The notes under the pieces are model-generated. The model searched no databases, was not told where the DNA came from, and saw only the letters and a list, made by a program, of their open reading frames with translations. A DNA stretch of 64,000 nt from Peptococcaceae bacterium UBA4068 (GTDB lineage: Bacteria > Bacillota > Dehalobacteriia > UBA4068), in the NCBI GenBank assembly GCA_002382665.1, contig DFZA01000009.1, positions 294,495-358,494 of the forward strand, given 5' to 3'. Position 1 is the first letter of the stretch. Each line of letters starts with the position of its first letter. Both the position numbers and the translations under genes were made by a program. Below, one piece after another: positions 40,666-51,096 of this stretch.

Positions 40666-41574
40666 TTATTTCTTTAGGACGTCCAATGCTTCATCCATGG
40701 TGATGAAACGATGGTTTGTGCCATTAACTTCGTTGTAACGGAGAGCAATTTCCGAAACTTGGGGCGTCGAGATGCCGCACTCACGCAAACCTTCTTCATT
40801 AGCGAATATTTCACGGGGAGTACCGTCGGCAACTATATGACCATTGTTCAGTAAAATTACTCTATCGGAGAATTCAGCAATACGTTCACTCTCCTGCTCT
40901 ATCATTAAAATCGTCATGTTTCTTTCCCTCTTCAACCGGTCAACAACACTGAAGACCTCTTTTTTGCCAATCGGGTCTAGGCCTGAAGTTGGTTCATCAA
41001 GAATCAATATCGACGGTTCCATTGATAATATTGAGGCAATTGCAACACGCTGTTTTTGGCCGCCCGAAAGATGGAATGGATTCGTGTCATCACGACCGGT
41101 CATGCCGACCTCTTTCAGCACCTCTTGCACTTTTTGATGCATAATATCAGTCGGTACGCCTTGGTTTTCCATACCAAAAGCAACTTCGTCGGCAATTGTC
41201 ATGCAGAATAACTGACTTTCTGGATCCTGAAAGACAATACCCAAAACTTTTGCTATTTCGGAAATTGTAACTTCCTTGGTGTTCATTCCGTTAATTAAAA
41301 TATCACCAATAAATTTACCACCGCATACATGAGGTATAATACCATTCAAAGCAAGACATAGTGTTGTTTTACCTGCTCCTGTCGGACCCATAATGGAGAC
41401 GAACTCACCTTTTTTGACAGTCAGGTTAAGATTGTCAAATATTTTCGGTGCAACTTCTCCTTCCTTGTAGGCAGGGTATGAATAGGTCAAATTTTTGATC
41501 TCAATTATGTTATCGCTCAAATCCTGAGTTGCGCTTTCTGTACTAGTACTCATTGCAAATCCTACCTTTCGCAA
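40666..41574 (-). CDS. ecfA1: ECF transporter ATPase A1
   Basis: ABC ATPase Walker A GPTGAGKTT, LSGGQKQRVAIA signature. Confidence 0.85.
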   Translation of the reverse strand: MRKVGFAMSTSTESATQDLSDNIIEIKNLTYSYPAYKEGEVAPKIFDNLNLTVKKGEFVSIMGPTGAGKTTLCLALNGIIPHVCGGKFIGDILINGMNTKEVTISEIAKVLGIVFQDPESQLFCMTIADEVAFGMENQGVPTDIMHQKVQEVLKEVGMTGRDDTNPFHLSGGQKQRVAIASILSMEPSILILDEPTSGLDPIGKKEVFSVVDRLKRERNMTILMIEQESERIAEFSDRVILLNNGHIVADGTPREIFANEEGLRECGISTPQVSEIALRYNEVNGTNHRFITMDEALDVLKK

Positions 41575-41857
41575 TTTATATTCTATTTTGCCGATTCAGC
41601 ATGCAATACTACCGTCCCAAAACCCACACCACATTAGATAAATCCATAGAGTCTTTTTGATGCCAGTGGCGTTCAAATTAAAATATCATACACATATAAG
41701 AGCAATAAGTACTGCAATTAATATCCCAGTCAGTGAATCCATATTGATTAAACTATTTTTTCCATATTAGACTTACTACATTAGTATTTTGGTTTAATTA
41801 ATAATAGTACTGTTACGCAACAAATCATGTCCTGCTATTATGATATTAAAATATAAA

Positions 41858-41900
41858 TAAAGGGAAACAAATGCTCGGTCCGAGCATTTGTTTCCGTTCC
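41858..41900 (-). terminator. Rho-independent terminator of aminotransferase paralog 1
   Basis: Minus-strand RNA CAAAUGCUCGG-ACCGAGCAUUUG followed by UUUCCCUUUAUUUAU. Confidence 0.7.
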
Positions 41901-41910
41901 TCAATCAACT

Positions 41911-43095
41911 TTAAATTAGTCTTAAGACAGCAGCTTCGCCAACTGCTATATCCAGCTTTATACCGAAGTGCGCAAAAGCTTTTCCAATCATCGCCAGATA
42001 CGTAGGAACCATAATCGGGTTTGCTGCATTACCCATATGTTCAAATCCAATGATAATTTTCGCATGTTCGCCAATTCCGGTAATCATGAACAAACCATAT
42101 TTTTCATTTACGTAGTGACAGAATTCATCTGTATCAACGCCTGCGGGGCATTTAAAGGTTGTGCAGCTATTGGCAGCGATATCTTCCGTTGCCGCCCAAG
42201 TCTCCAAACCCATCGCCCGTAATCCGGCACGAAAAGCTTTGGCGCATTGCGCATGACGTGCGACAACATTATCTATTCCTTCCGCCAATATCTCATCGGC
42301 AGCAACACTGATGGCATAAACCAGTGAAACAGATGGGGTGCAAGGAAAAGTAGCCCTGTCGGCATCGATCCACATTTCTTTCCAATCCAACAGGCACATT
42401 TCGCTCCATCTGGGCGGATTTTTCTTCTTCATTTTATCCCAAGCTCTATCGCTAACAGCAACCATGCTTAATCCCGGAGGAGCTCCGATACATTTCTCAG
42501 AAGCGGCAACCACGACATCAGCTTTCCATTCATCAATATTTACATCAGTACTGGCAACGCCGGAAGCGCTATCAACAATAGTGATAACCCCTCTTTGATA
42601 TGCCAATTGACAAATTTCTTTTGCGGGATTTATTGTTCCCGAAGGAGTTTCGGATTGAACTATCGACAGAACTTTGATATCCGGATTTTCATTAAGCGCT
42701 TTTTCTACCGCTTCTACTGGTACAGCTTGATTGTATTCAACGGCTATTTCTATTGTCTTTCCGCCATAAGTATTAATCCAGCCTTCATATCCCTTACCAT
42801 AGTATCCGGACACAACATTTAGGCATTTGTCCCCTGGAGCAATCAGTCCATATGCAGCAGCTTCCAGAGCTAACAGAGCATCTCCTTGAACAATAACAAC
42901 ATCATTCTTAGTTTTCATGATTTGCTGATACTTTTTCACTGTATCCGCAAAATATTCAATAAAAGCAGAGCTGTGATAATGCAATAACGGCTGGCTTCCG
43001 GCCGCTAAAACATACGGGGATACTATACTCGGAGCAGCAGTTTTTTCAAACATTGGCCATCCATTACCTAGAACAGGCTGTCCAGTCTTATTCAT
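41911..43095 (-). CDS. class V (AGXT-family) PLP-dependent aminotransferase, paralog 1
   Basis: Fold-type I class V pattern (HSETPSGT, KC.GAPPG). Start MNKTGQP is preceded by AGGGAG. About 75 percent identical to 43511..44695. Confidence 0.75.
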   Translation of the reverse strand: MNKTGQPVLGNGWPMFEKTAAPSIVSPYVLAAGSQPLLHYHSSAFIEYFADTVKKYQQIMKTKNDVVIVQGDALLALEAAAYGLIAPGDKCLNVVSGYYGKGYEGWINTYGGKTIEIAVEYNQAVPVEAVEKALNENPDIKVLSIVQSETPSGTINPAKEICQLAYQRGVITIVDSASGVASTDVNIDEWKADVVVAASEKCIGAPPGLSMVAVSDRAWDKMKKKNPPRWSEMCLLDWKEMWIDADRATFPCTPSVSLVYAISVAADEILAEGIDNVVARHAQCAKAFRAGLRAMGLETWAATEDIAANSCTTFKCPAGVDTDEFCHYVNEKYGLFMITGIGEHAKIIIGFEHMGNAANPIMVPTYLAMIGKAFAHFGIKLDIAVGEAAVLRLI

Positions 43096-43446
43096 ATTTA
43101 CATCTCCCTTATTTATTGGCATTAAATCATTAACCGAGTAAACAAACTACAAAATATATATATGTTAATAAATTCCCCGACATAACATTACTCAAAAAAA
43201 AGAAAAGTTCTTCTCGCATATAAACCTTCAAACAAACACTCTCCCAACCCCTGCAGGGGTACTCGTATTTTTTCGCACGCGAATAGAGCGTGGTTGTATT
43301 TACGCGTCGGCTTTGCTCGACGCATATAATAAAAATCGAGAAGTCGTAATTTACGACTTCCCGATTAACATCATTTTTAGGTTGTTCTTAAAATTCAACT
43401 ATAATCAAGGACTATGCTAACAGCTCATAAAATAATTAACGAGAAT

Positions 43447-43490
43447 ACCTAAAGGTTTGAAGTCAAATGCTCGTTACTAGAGCATTTGAC
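43447..43490 (-). terminator. Terminator hairpin of aminotransferase paralog 2 (14 bp stem)
   Basis: GAAGUCAAAUGCUC-uaguaac-GAGCAUUUGACUUC directly after the stop, with a weak U tail. Confidence 0.6.
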
Positions 43491-43510
43491 TTCTTCTCCT
43501 CAATCTAATC

Positions 43511-44695
43511 TTATAACAGCTCTAAAGCTGCGGCTATGCCAGCTGCGGTATCGTATTTCTTACCAAAGTCCTCAAATGTTTTCCCGATCATTCCCAATAC
43601 GGCAGGAACCATGATCGGGCGGGCAGTATAGCCCATATGACCTATTCTAAGTATCAGTTTGGCATGGTCGCGCAATCCAGCTGCAATAAATAAACCATAC
43701 TTTTCACGCAGATGATAACGGAATTTAAGAGTATCAATGCCTTCAGGACATTTAAAGGTCGTGCAGGCGTTGGCAGCAATATCATCAGTAGCAGCCCAAG
43801 TCTCCAGACCCATCGCACGCAGGCCGACACGATATGCTTTTGCGACTTGAGCATGACGCGCAATAACATTATCAAGGCCTTCAGCCAACATTTCATCGGC
43901 GGCAGCGCTGATACCATATACCAGTGATACGGAAGGAGTGCAAGGATAGCCAGCGCAGTCGGTATCAATCCACATTTCTTTCCAATCCAACAGGCACATT
44001 TCGCTCCATCTGGGCGGATTTTTCTTTTTCATTTTATCCCAAGCTCTATCGCTTACGGCTAACATGCTCATTCCGGGAGGTGCGCCAACACATTTCTGAG
44101 AACCGGTTACCAGAACATCGGTTTTCCAATCATCAACATTAACATCATAACCGCCAACTCCGGAAACGCTATCAACAATAGTGATAACTCCTCTTTCATG
44201 AGCTAATCGGCAGATATCTCTTGCGGGGTTTAGAGTGCCGGAAGGAGTTTCGGAATGCACCATTGAAAGAACCTTAACATCAGGATTTTCGTTCAGTGCC
44301 TTTTCTACGGCTTCAACAGGTACGGCCTCGTTATATCCAACGCCAACTTCGATTGTTTTACCACCGTAAGCATCAATCCAGCCTTCGTATCCTTTGCCAA
44401 AGTAACCTGAGACAACATTGATGCATTTGTCTCCAGGGGCAATCAAACCATATGCAGCAGCTTCTAAAGCAAGTACAGCATCACCCTGTACTAAAACAAT
44501 ATCATTTTTGGTTTTCATGATTTCTTGATACTTTTTGGTAGTATCCTCGAAATATTTCATGAAAGCAGGGTCATAGTGATGCAGTACCGGCTGACCGGTT
44601 GCCGCCAAAACATATGGCGAAACCTCGGTCGGGCCAGCGGCCATGGTGAACATCGGCCATCCCTTTGTCGGAACAGGCTGTCCAGTCTTACTCAT
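43511..44695 (-). CDS. class V (AGXT-family) PLP-dependent aminotransferase, paralog 2
   Basis: Same family as the paralog above. Start is preceded by AAGGAGAG. Confidence 0.75.
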   Translation of the reverse strand: MSKTGQPVPTKGWPMFTMAAGPTEVSPYVLAATGQPVLHHYDPAFMKYFEDTTKKYQEIMKTKNDIVLVQGDAVLALEAAAYGLIAPGDKCINVVSGYFGKGYEGWIDAYGGKTIEVGVGYNEAVPVEAVEKALNENPDVKVLSMVHSETPSGTLNPARDICRLAHERGVITIVDSVSGVGGYDVNVDDWKTDVLVTGSQKCVGAPPGMSMLAVSDRAWDKMKKKNPPRWSEMCLLDWKEMWIDTDCAGYPCTPSVSLVYGISAAADEMLAEGLDNVIARHAQVAKAYRVGLRAMGLETWAATDDIAANACTTFKCPEGIDTLKFRYHLREKYGLFIAAGLRDHAKLILRIGHMGYTARPIMVPAVLGMIGKTFEDFGKKYDTAAGIAAALELL

Positions 44696-45441
44696 AGTTA
44701 CACTCTCCTTTTGTTTTTACTTATAATTAAATGCTTGCTTAATAAGAAGCAAATAATCACTAAAAATATTAATATTTCGGTATATATAAATAAAAATTTC
44801 TGTTAATTGTGATTATTACTAAGAATATTGTATGTTTTTATCAGTAATAAATAATGACATGCTGAAAGTCCTATATAATCTGAGTTACATTTAAATTTTT
44901 ATTAGCTTGATCAACTTCCTACTAATAGATGTTATCACGCAGTAGCCTGTTTAGTCAAGATTAGCGCATGCTAATAATGCAATTTTCTGTATTTAATAAA
45001 TATTCTTAAATAAAGACAACTTCTGTATAAAAATATTATGCATTATTGATTATTTTTAAACGAAAATTTCATATCTTTAATCATATTATTGCATTTCTAT
45101 TGCAATATTAAGCGGTTTGATTATTATTTATGCATCGAATTAAATAAATCGTTAATGTATATTTACCTTAAACACTTATCATTATGAATAATTTAGAATT
45201 ATAATTAATCATAATAAAGAAAATTTCTAAAAAATAATTTAAAATTAATATTTAAAAAGCTAAAAAATGCTTGCCAACCCTTTTTATTTTAGGTCAACAA
45301 GCATTGTTATTTTATTGATACTAAATTATTGACAATTTGAGTGAGATAAATAAAGCAAGGATATGAAATAATTGAATTAACAAAGAAGTAGATAAAGCTT
45401 TTTATATTTTTAATACTATATCAAATTAATCATATGCACAG

Positions 45442-46002
45442 CTAAATTGACTTCACCTCTCTACCTTTTTGTTTTTTACCAAATTGGGAAATTTGAGGAT
45501 AAGCTTTTTTAACAACAAAGACGAGCGGGATAGCAATAATCGCAGCAACTACCTGCTGAACGATCTGACTTGGAAAGTCAACAAGCGCGGGGCCAAAGCC
45601 ATACAATACTAACATTGCGAGAAAGTAACCACTGGCGTCAACAATACTACCCCATATCCAGCCTATAAAAATCCATTTAAGTGTGTAACCACCGGCGCGG
45701 GCAATCAAGCCGGCAACAAGCCCCTGAGAACCATGAATAATCATTGAAAAGATTATCCACTGAGGATAACCCGTAACCAAGTCACCAATACCTGTACCAG
45801 CAGCGGCTGCGATCATACTGATCCACGGTCCAAATGTAAATGAAACCCAATAAATACCAACATTAGACAAATTCATATAACCTTTTGTGGGTGCCAACGG
45901 TATTCTCAGAGCGATTGTCAAAAAACAGACCAGAGCAATAAGCACCGCAACCAAAATTACCATACGCAAATTCAATTTTCTTGCAAAATTTTCTTTTGCC
46001 AT
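45442..46002 (-). CDS. putative ECF transporter substrate-specific (S) component, paralog 1
   Basis: About 186 aa with 5-6 TM helices and an S-component-like N-terminus (VILVAVLIALVCFLTIALRIPL). Start MAKENF is preceded by GAAGGA. Confidence 0.5.
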   Translation of the reverse strand: MAKENFARKLNLRMVILVAVLIALVCFLTIALRIPLAPTKGYMNLSNVGIYWVSFTFGPWISMIAAAAGTGIGDLVTGYPQWIIFSMIIHGSQGLVAGLIARAGGYTLKWIFIGWIWGSIVDASGYFLAMLVLYGFGPALVDFPSQIVQQVVAAIIAIPLVFVVKKAYPQISQFGKKQKGREVKSI

Positions 46003-46215
46003 ATATCCTTCTTTCTCTATGCCGGCAAATAAAAATAAAAATCTATAGGTTATTTTTGCAAAAATCATGCTATGTTATACCTCAAATATTAAGAATCAAT
46101 AATGATTTTGTAATATGAATCTTATTTATAGCCCAAGTAGGTAGTTTGCCAATAAAATTAAACAAGAAGCTGTAACCATGTACCGCTCAAAGAAAAAATA
46201 GATATTGAAAGAAAA

Positions 46216-46251
46216 GGACCTCCCATTGCAGAATAAAACAATGGGAGGTCC
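46216..46251 (-). terminator. Rho-independent terminator after S-component paralog 2
   Basis: 13 bp stem GGACCUCCCAUUG, followed by a U-rich tail on the minus strand. Confidence 0.8.
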
Positions 46252-46398
46252 TACTATCGGCATTCGGTAAAAGTAATAAATAATTGCCAAATAATTTATG
46301 TTTTTCTGTTGCACATATGAAATATTACATATTATCAATCTTATATGCTTGATACGCCGTTAAATTACAAATTTATCGCATGTATAATTAAATTTGAC

Positions 46399-46950
46399 TT
46401 ACTGCTCTTCCCATTTCTGGGTTTTGCCGAGTTGAGAAATCGGAGGGTAAGCTTTTTTAACAGCATATACGAGCGGGATACCAATAATCACAGCAACAAT
46501 CTGTTGAATTACCTGTCCCGGGAAGTCAACAACTGCGGGGCCCCAACCATACATCCAAGCTGTTGCGCCGAAGTAGCCAAGACAGTCTACGATGCTGGCA
46601 ATAAACCAACCTAATAACATCCATTTAAGTCTATAACTACCTGCTCGGGCAATCAAGCCGGCAACTAGACCCTGGGCACCATGAATGATCATTGAGAAGA
46701 CCATCCACTGAGGATAACCCATAACAGCGTCAGCAATACCAGTACCAATACCACCTGCGATCATGCTGATCCACGGACCAAATGTAAATGAAGCCCAATA
46801 AATACCAACATTAGACAAATTCATATAACCTCTTGTGGGCGCCAGCGGTATTCTGACAACAATTGTCAAAACACAGATCAAAGCAATAAGTACCGCAATC
46901 AGAGTAACCGTACGTGAATTCAAAGTATTTGCTGATTTTTCTTTTACCAT
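46399..46950 (-). CDS. putative ECF transporter substrate-specific (S) component, paralog 2
   Basis: Paralogous to 45442..46002. Start MVKEKS is preceded by AAAGGAGG. The tracker ORF extends to 46989. Confidence 0.5.
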   Translation of the reverse strand: MVKEKSANTLNSRTVTLIAVLIALICVLTIVVRIPLAPTRGYMNLSNVGIYWASFTFGPWISMIAGGIGTGIADAVMGYPQWMVFSMIIHGAQGLVAGLIARAGSYRLKWMLLGWFIASIVDCLGYFGATAWMYGWGPAVVDFPGQVIQQIVAVIIGIPLVYAVKKAYPPISQLGKTQKWEEQ

Positions 46951-47336
46951 AAAAACAACCTCCTTTTTTTTCTTTTTTGATCTGGACAATTATAAAACGA
47001 GTTCTTCGGTCATAATTAAGGACTGGGAACAAACGCTCGGTACTAGCATTCATTCTCCGTTCCCTCATCAACATAATAATATTTGCGAGCGTTCAACTTT
47101 ATGCAAACGTTTCTGAATAACAACCCCTTAAAAAATAAAATATAATTAAAAGCAAACTATGATACGATTCAGTATTATAGTCTGCTTTATTTAAGGGATG
47201 TTATTAAATAGGCGATCATTATCAAAATGAGGAATTAAAGCTCCATCATGGCAAATCGGTGAAAGAAATGAAGGCATTTATTGTAATACATACATTACTA
47301 CAATTATGAGCCGGCCTTTGCATGAGTTAAAAAAAC

Positions 47337-47372
47337 TGACTCCGACTGAATATCAGCGAAGTCAGTTGAAAG
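47337..47372 (-). terminator. Rho-independent terminator of dapA
   Basis: Minus-strand hairpin UGACUUCG...CGGAGUCA followed by U7. Confidence 0.7.
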
Positions 47373-47437
47373 CCTACTTTTAAGTTATCCGTTTTTCTTG
47401 ACACTCTTCATTTTAGCGGCTCTTTTTGTTCTTTCAG

Positions 47438-48319
47438 CTATAAAAGCTGATAATCTTTTAACATATTATCTAAGATTTGTTTTTGCTCATTTGTTGGTTC
47501 CGTCAGAGGCAGGCGGCAATTTCCTAGATCCCAACCAATACGATTCAAGCAATATTTAAGTGGTAGCGGACTACTGGTGATAAACAATTTACGCATCAGC
47601 GGGAAGAGATCGAAATGTGCACGGCGCGCGGCCTGCCAATTGTCTGCAAAACAATCATCAATCATTTTCTTCATTTGATTTCCGACCAGATGAGAAGCAA
47701 CGCTAATCACACCGACGGCTCCTAACGACAGCATTGGCAATGTTAATGAATCGTCGCCGCAATAAATCTTAAAGTCATCATCGCTGATTCTGATCAGCTC
47801 GCTGACCTGATCCATACTGGAGCAAGCCTCTTTTAAGGCTACTATATTACTGTAATCAGCGGCCAACTGCAGCGCTGTATTTGGTTCCATATTAAGATTG
47901 GTGCGCGAAGGCACATTATATAAAATAACCGGTAAAGAGACAGACTCGGCAATTGCTGCAAAATGAGCATAAATGCCATCCTGAGGCGGTTTATTGTAAT
48001 ATGGGGTAACCGCCAAGACTGCATCGACACCTAGTGACTCAGCTTTTTTGCTCAATTCTACTGAAAGAGCTGTTTCATAACATGAGGTTCCAGCGATAAT
48101 TTTTGCTCTTGCACCGACATGATGCTTGATCTCGGCAAACAAACGCAATTTTTCTTCACTGCTTAACGTTGGACTTTCTCCGGTAGTACCGCAAACCACA
48201 AGGCTATCGGAACCATTGTCAAGCAAAAAATCAGCCAATTCACATGCTTTTTTATAATTAACACGATAATCAGCATCGAACGGTGTTACCATCGCCGTTA
48301 TTAATCGCCCAAATTCCAT
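47438..48319 (-). CDS. dapA: 4-hydroxy-tetrahydrodipicolinate synthase
   Basis: DapA/NAL family with catalytic Lys region (ALKEA). Position after asd. Confidence 0.9.
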   Translation of the reverse strand: MEFGRLITAMVTPFDADYRVNYKKACELADFLLDNGSDSLVVCGTTGESPTLSSEEKLRLFAEIKHHVGARAKIIAGTSCYETALSVELSKKAESLGVDAVLAVTPYYNKPPQDGIYAHFAAIAESVSLPVILYNVPSRTNLNMEPNTALQLAADYSNIVALKEACSSMDQVSELIRISDDDFKIYCGDDSLTLPMLSLGAVGVISVASHLVGNQMKKMIDDCFADNWQAARRAHFDLFPLMRKLFITSSPLPLKYCLNRIGWDLGNCRLPLTEPTNEQKQILDNMLKDYQLL

Positions 48320-48369
48320 AATCAGTTTCCTCCGTGCAATATGTTAAAGAGAGTTTCTCCATCAATTTA

Positions 48370-49389
48370 TTATATCAGTTTTTCGGCAACTAATAACTGA
48401 GCAATTTGCACCGCATTGGTTGCCGCGCCTTTTCTCAACTGATCCGCAACAACCCATAAGCATAATCCGTTATCAACGGAAATATCCCTGCGAATACGGC
48501 CGACATAAACTTCGTCTGTATCGCTGCTGATTATAGGCATCGGATAAACCTTGTTTGCCACATCGTCCAAGACGATTACACCGGGCGCCCTCGACAGTAT
48601 TTCCCGCGCCTGACCCGGCGTCATTTCCCGCACGAACTCAATATTGACAGCCTCAGAGTGGCTGCGATAAACCGGCACGCGTACTGCCGTAACGCTGATT
48701 TTGATTTCCGGCGCATGAAACATTTTCTGCGTTTCCCAAACCATCTTCATCTCTTCTTTGGTATAATCATTTTCCTTGAATATGTCAATATGAGGAATAA
48801 CATTAAAAGCAATCTGACAAGGAAAGATATTCGTCTCGACTTGGGCGTTTGGGTCATTGCTCAACAGCCTGGACTGGGTGGCCAACTCATTAATACCTTC
48901 CGCGCCGGCGCCGGACACAGCCTGATATGTAGACGCAACAATACGGGTAATCTGTGCAGCATCATGCAACGGCTTTAACGCCGTAACCATCTGAATCGTA
49001 GAACAATTGGGATTAGCAATAATTCCTTTATGCCAGCGAACATCTTCAGGGTTAACTTCCGGAACTACCAGCGGAACATCGTCATCATAGCGGAAGGTGC
49101 TGCTGTTATCAATGACAATAGCTCCTACAGCCACTGCTGCCGGAGCAAATGTCTTTGAAGCGGAACCACCGGCAAAAAGGACTATATCAATACCGGTAAA
49201 ACTATTGTCGGTTGTTTCACTAACCGTATATTCCTTACCCATAAAGTTAAGTTTTTTACCATGGGAACGCTCACTGGCCAATAAGCGGAGGTCTCCTATC
49301 GGAAAATCTCTCTCAGCTAAAACTTTTAATATTTCCTGACCGACTGCACCTGTTGCGCCCACCACAGCAATATTATATCTCTTACTCAA
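48370..49389 (-). CDS. asd: aspartate-semialdehyde dehydrogenase
   Basis: NAD-binding VVGATGAVG and active-site Cys region (NPNCSTI). Confidence 0.9.
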   Translation of the reverse strand: MSKRYNIAVVGATGAVGQEILKVLAERDFPIGDLRLLASERSHGKKLNFMGKEYTVSETTDNSFTGIDIVLFAGGSASKTFAPAAVAVGAIVIDNSSTFRYDDDVPLVVPEVNPEDVRWHKGIIANPNCSTIQMVTALKPLHDAAQITRIVASTYQAVSGAGAEGINELATQSRLLSNDPNAQVETNIFPCQIAFNVIPHIDIFKENDYTKEEMKMVWETQKMFHAPEIKISVTAVRVPVYRSHSEAVNIEFVREMTPGQAREILSRAPGVIVLDDVANKVYPMPIISSDTDEVYVGRIRRDISVDNGLCLWVVADQLRKGAATNAVQIAQLLVAEKLI

Positions 49390-49473
49390 CTTTACAACCT
49401 CCAGATAATCAAGTTAGCTATATAAGCTATACTTAAATATTATACATCTGGAAAACCATTATTTGCAAGAGTT

Positions 49474-50076
49474 TTAATCAGTCTGTTGGCAAAATATCGG
49501 CTGTATTTGATGCCCTTTAAGCGCGGCGGCAATGGTTGGCGCCAACAGTTGCCAATCGGCAATTAGCGAATTGGGCTTTAATTCCGTGTCGTCCTGAACA
49601 AACGGTACAAAATATAAATGTTTGCGGTTTAGCAGCGTTCCGATGTTGCTGAAATTTGCAGCTAAGGCATCATTACTCGAAACGGCAATTACCAAAGGCC
49701 TGTTGTTGCGTAAATGAGCTTTAGCGGCCATCAATACCGGCGTATCGGCAATACCGGCAGCCAATTTGGCTAAACTATTACCGGAACAGGGTGCAATCAC
49801 CATAATATCGAGTAATGCCCGAGGACCGATCGGCTCTGCGGCAGCAATCGTATCAATAATCTCAATCGTGGCCGCGGCTCTGCTAACCTGATCACGCCAA
49901 TAGTTTCTATCGCCAAACCGGGTATTATAATCACGTACCGAAAATGATAATATCGGGGTGATAATTGCTCCGCCTTCACGCAATTGTGCTATTTGCGGCA
50001 CAACTTTGGATAATGTACAAAATGAACCGGTAAGGGCAAAACCAATTCTTATGCCTAAAAAAGGTTGCTGATTCAT
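49474..50076 (-). CDS. dpaB: dipicolinate synthase subunit B (flavoprotein)
   Basis: Flavoprotein fold GFALTGSFCT. Overlaps the dpaA stop. spoVFB position. Confidence 0.8.
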   Translation of the reverse strand: MNQQPFLGIRIGFALTGSFCTLSKVVPQIAQLREGGAIITPILSFSVRDYNTRFGDRNYWRDQVSRAAATIEIIDTIAAAEPIGPRALLDIMVIAPCSGNSLAKLAAGIADTPVLMAAKAHLRNNRPLVIAVSSNDALAANFSNIGTLLNRKHLYFVPFVQDDTELKPNSLIADWQLLAPTIAAALKGHQIQPIFCQQTD

Positions 50077-51005
50077 AATTCACTCCCCTTTTCTGCTAAA
50101 AGCTGCTCTAATAAACAGGGGTAAACGGTTGCCAGAATTTCACCCATCGTCTGCGCCGCATAACGTCCCGGTAAGCCAAAAGCAGGAGTGGCTTTAATAC
50201 CTAAGCTACGGGCAGCCTCAAAGTCACAACCGCCTGGCGCTGCCGATACATCTATAATCAGGCAATCTTTCTTCAGTTTAGCCAGCAGCTCTTGATCAAT
50301 TACTAACGCCGGAGCGGTATTAAATATCAAATCGGCCGCGGATGCCTCAACAGCTAAATTCTGCCATTCGGCAACAGTCCATCCATCTTCCACCGCTTTT
50401 TCACGTCGTCGGCTGGAGCGATTGATAATCGTTACCGTCATGCCTAACCCTTGCAGACGCGGCGCCAGCGCATTGCCAATACGACCATAACCGATAATCA
50501 AAGCTCTTCTGCCCCAAAGATAGCGTTGGTCGGCGGCTATAGCAATTGCCAACGCTGCCTCAGCAGTGGCAATTGCGGCAGGCCCGGCAATTTCTTCCAT
50601 TTCGGCGGTTTCAATTAGTCTCAGGTCTGCTGCAGTAGTTAATTCACGCAGCTGATGAGAGATCACTCCTGCTAAAACCGGCGCCTGCGCAGGAAGTACT
50701 AAAAAATCTTCCGTTGTCAATCCTGGCGATAAAAGCTCTCCGCAATAGAGTTTTCCTCCCTCGCGTAAGCCAGGTATTGGCATTATTACAGCATCAACGC
50801 CCGTCATAGCCTCAGCTGCCGTTTCACAAAAATAAGCGCCATTGGGCAACAATTCCGGCGGTCGGGCAAAACAACGCAACCGCCAGCCGCGCTGATCCAG
50901 AACAGTTATTAATTGCTGCTCACGGGCATCGCCGCCTAAAATAGCAACCGTAAAAGGAGACGTATGATGAAGGCGCTGCTCAACTATTTTTGCAAAGACA
51001 GCCAT
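50073..51005 (-). CDS. dpaA: dipicolinate synthase subunit A
   Basis: NAD-binding Rossmann region IIGYGRIG. spoVFA position upstream of dpaB-asd-dapA. Confidence 0.8.
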   Translation of the reverse strand: MAVFAKIVEQRLHHTSPFTVAILGGDAREQQLITVLDQRGWRLRCFARPPELLPNGAYFCETAAEAMTGVDAVIMPIPGLREGGKLYCGELLSPGLTTEDFLVLPAQAPVLAGVISHQLRELTTAADLRLIETAEMEEIAGPAAIATAEAALAIAIAADQRYLWGRRALIIGYGRIGNALAPRLQGLGMTVTIINRSSRRREKAVEDGWTVAEWQNLAVEASAADLIFNTAPALVIDQELLAKLKKDCLIIDVSAAPGGCDFEAARSLGIKATPAFGLPGRYAAQTMGEILATVYPCLLEQLLAEKGSEL

Positions 51006-51096
51006 AGCATCACCTCAAAATAGAGATTTATATAACAGTATATGGATTAACCAGAAACGGTGTGTCAGAAAAACACGCAAATAGAACCAATAAAAA

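Noticed and set aside
43248-43261. CCCCTGCAGGGG as a restriction-modification or mobile-element footprint
   Set aside because: It is a single occurrence and a PstI-like palindrome alone is not evidence. Kept only as part of the hairpin-rich leader observation.
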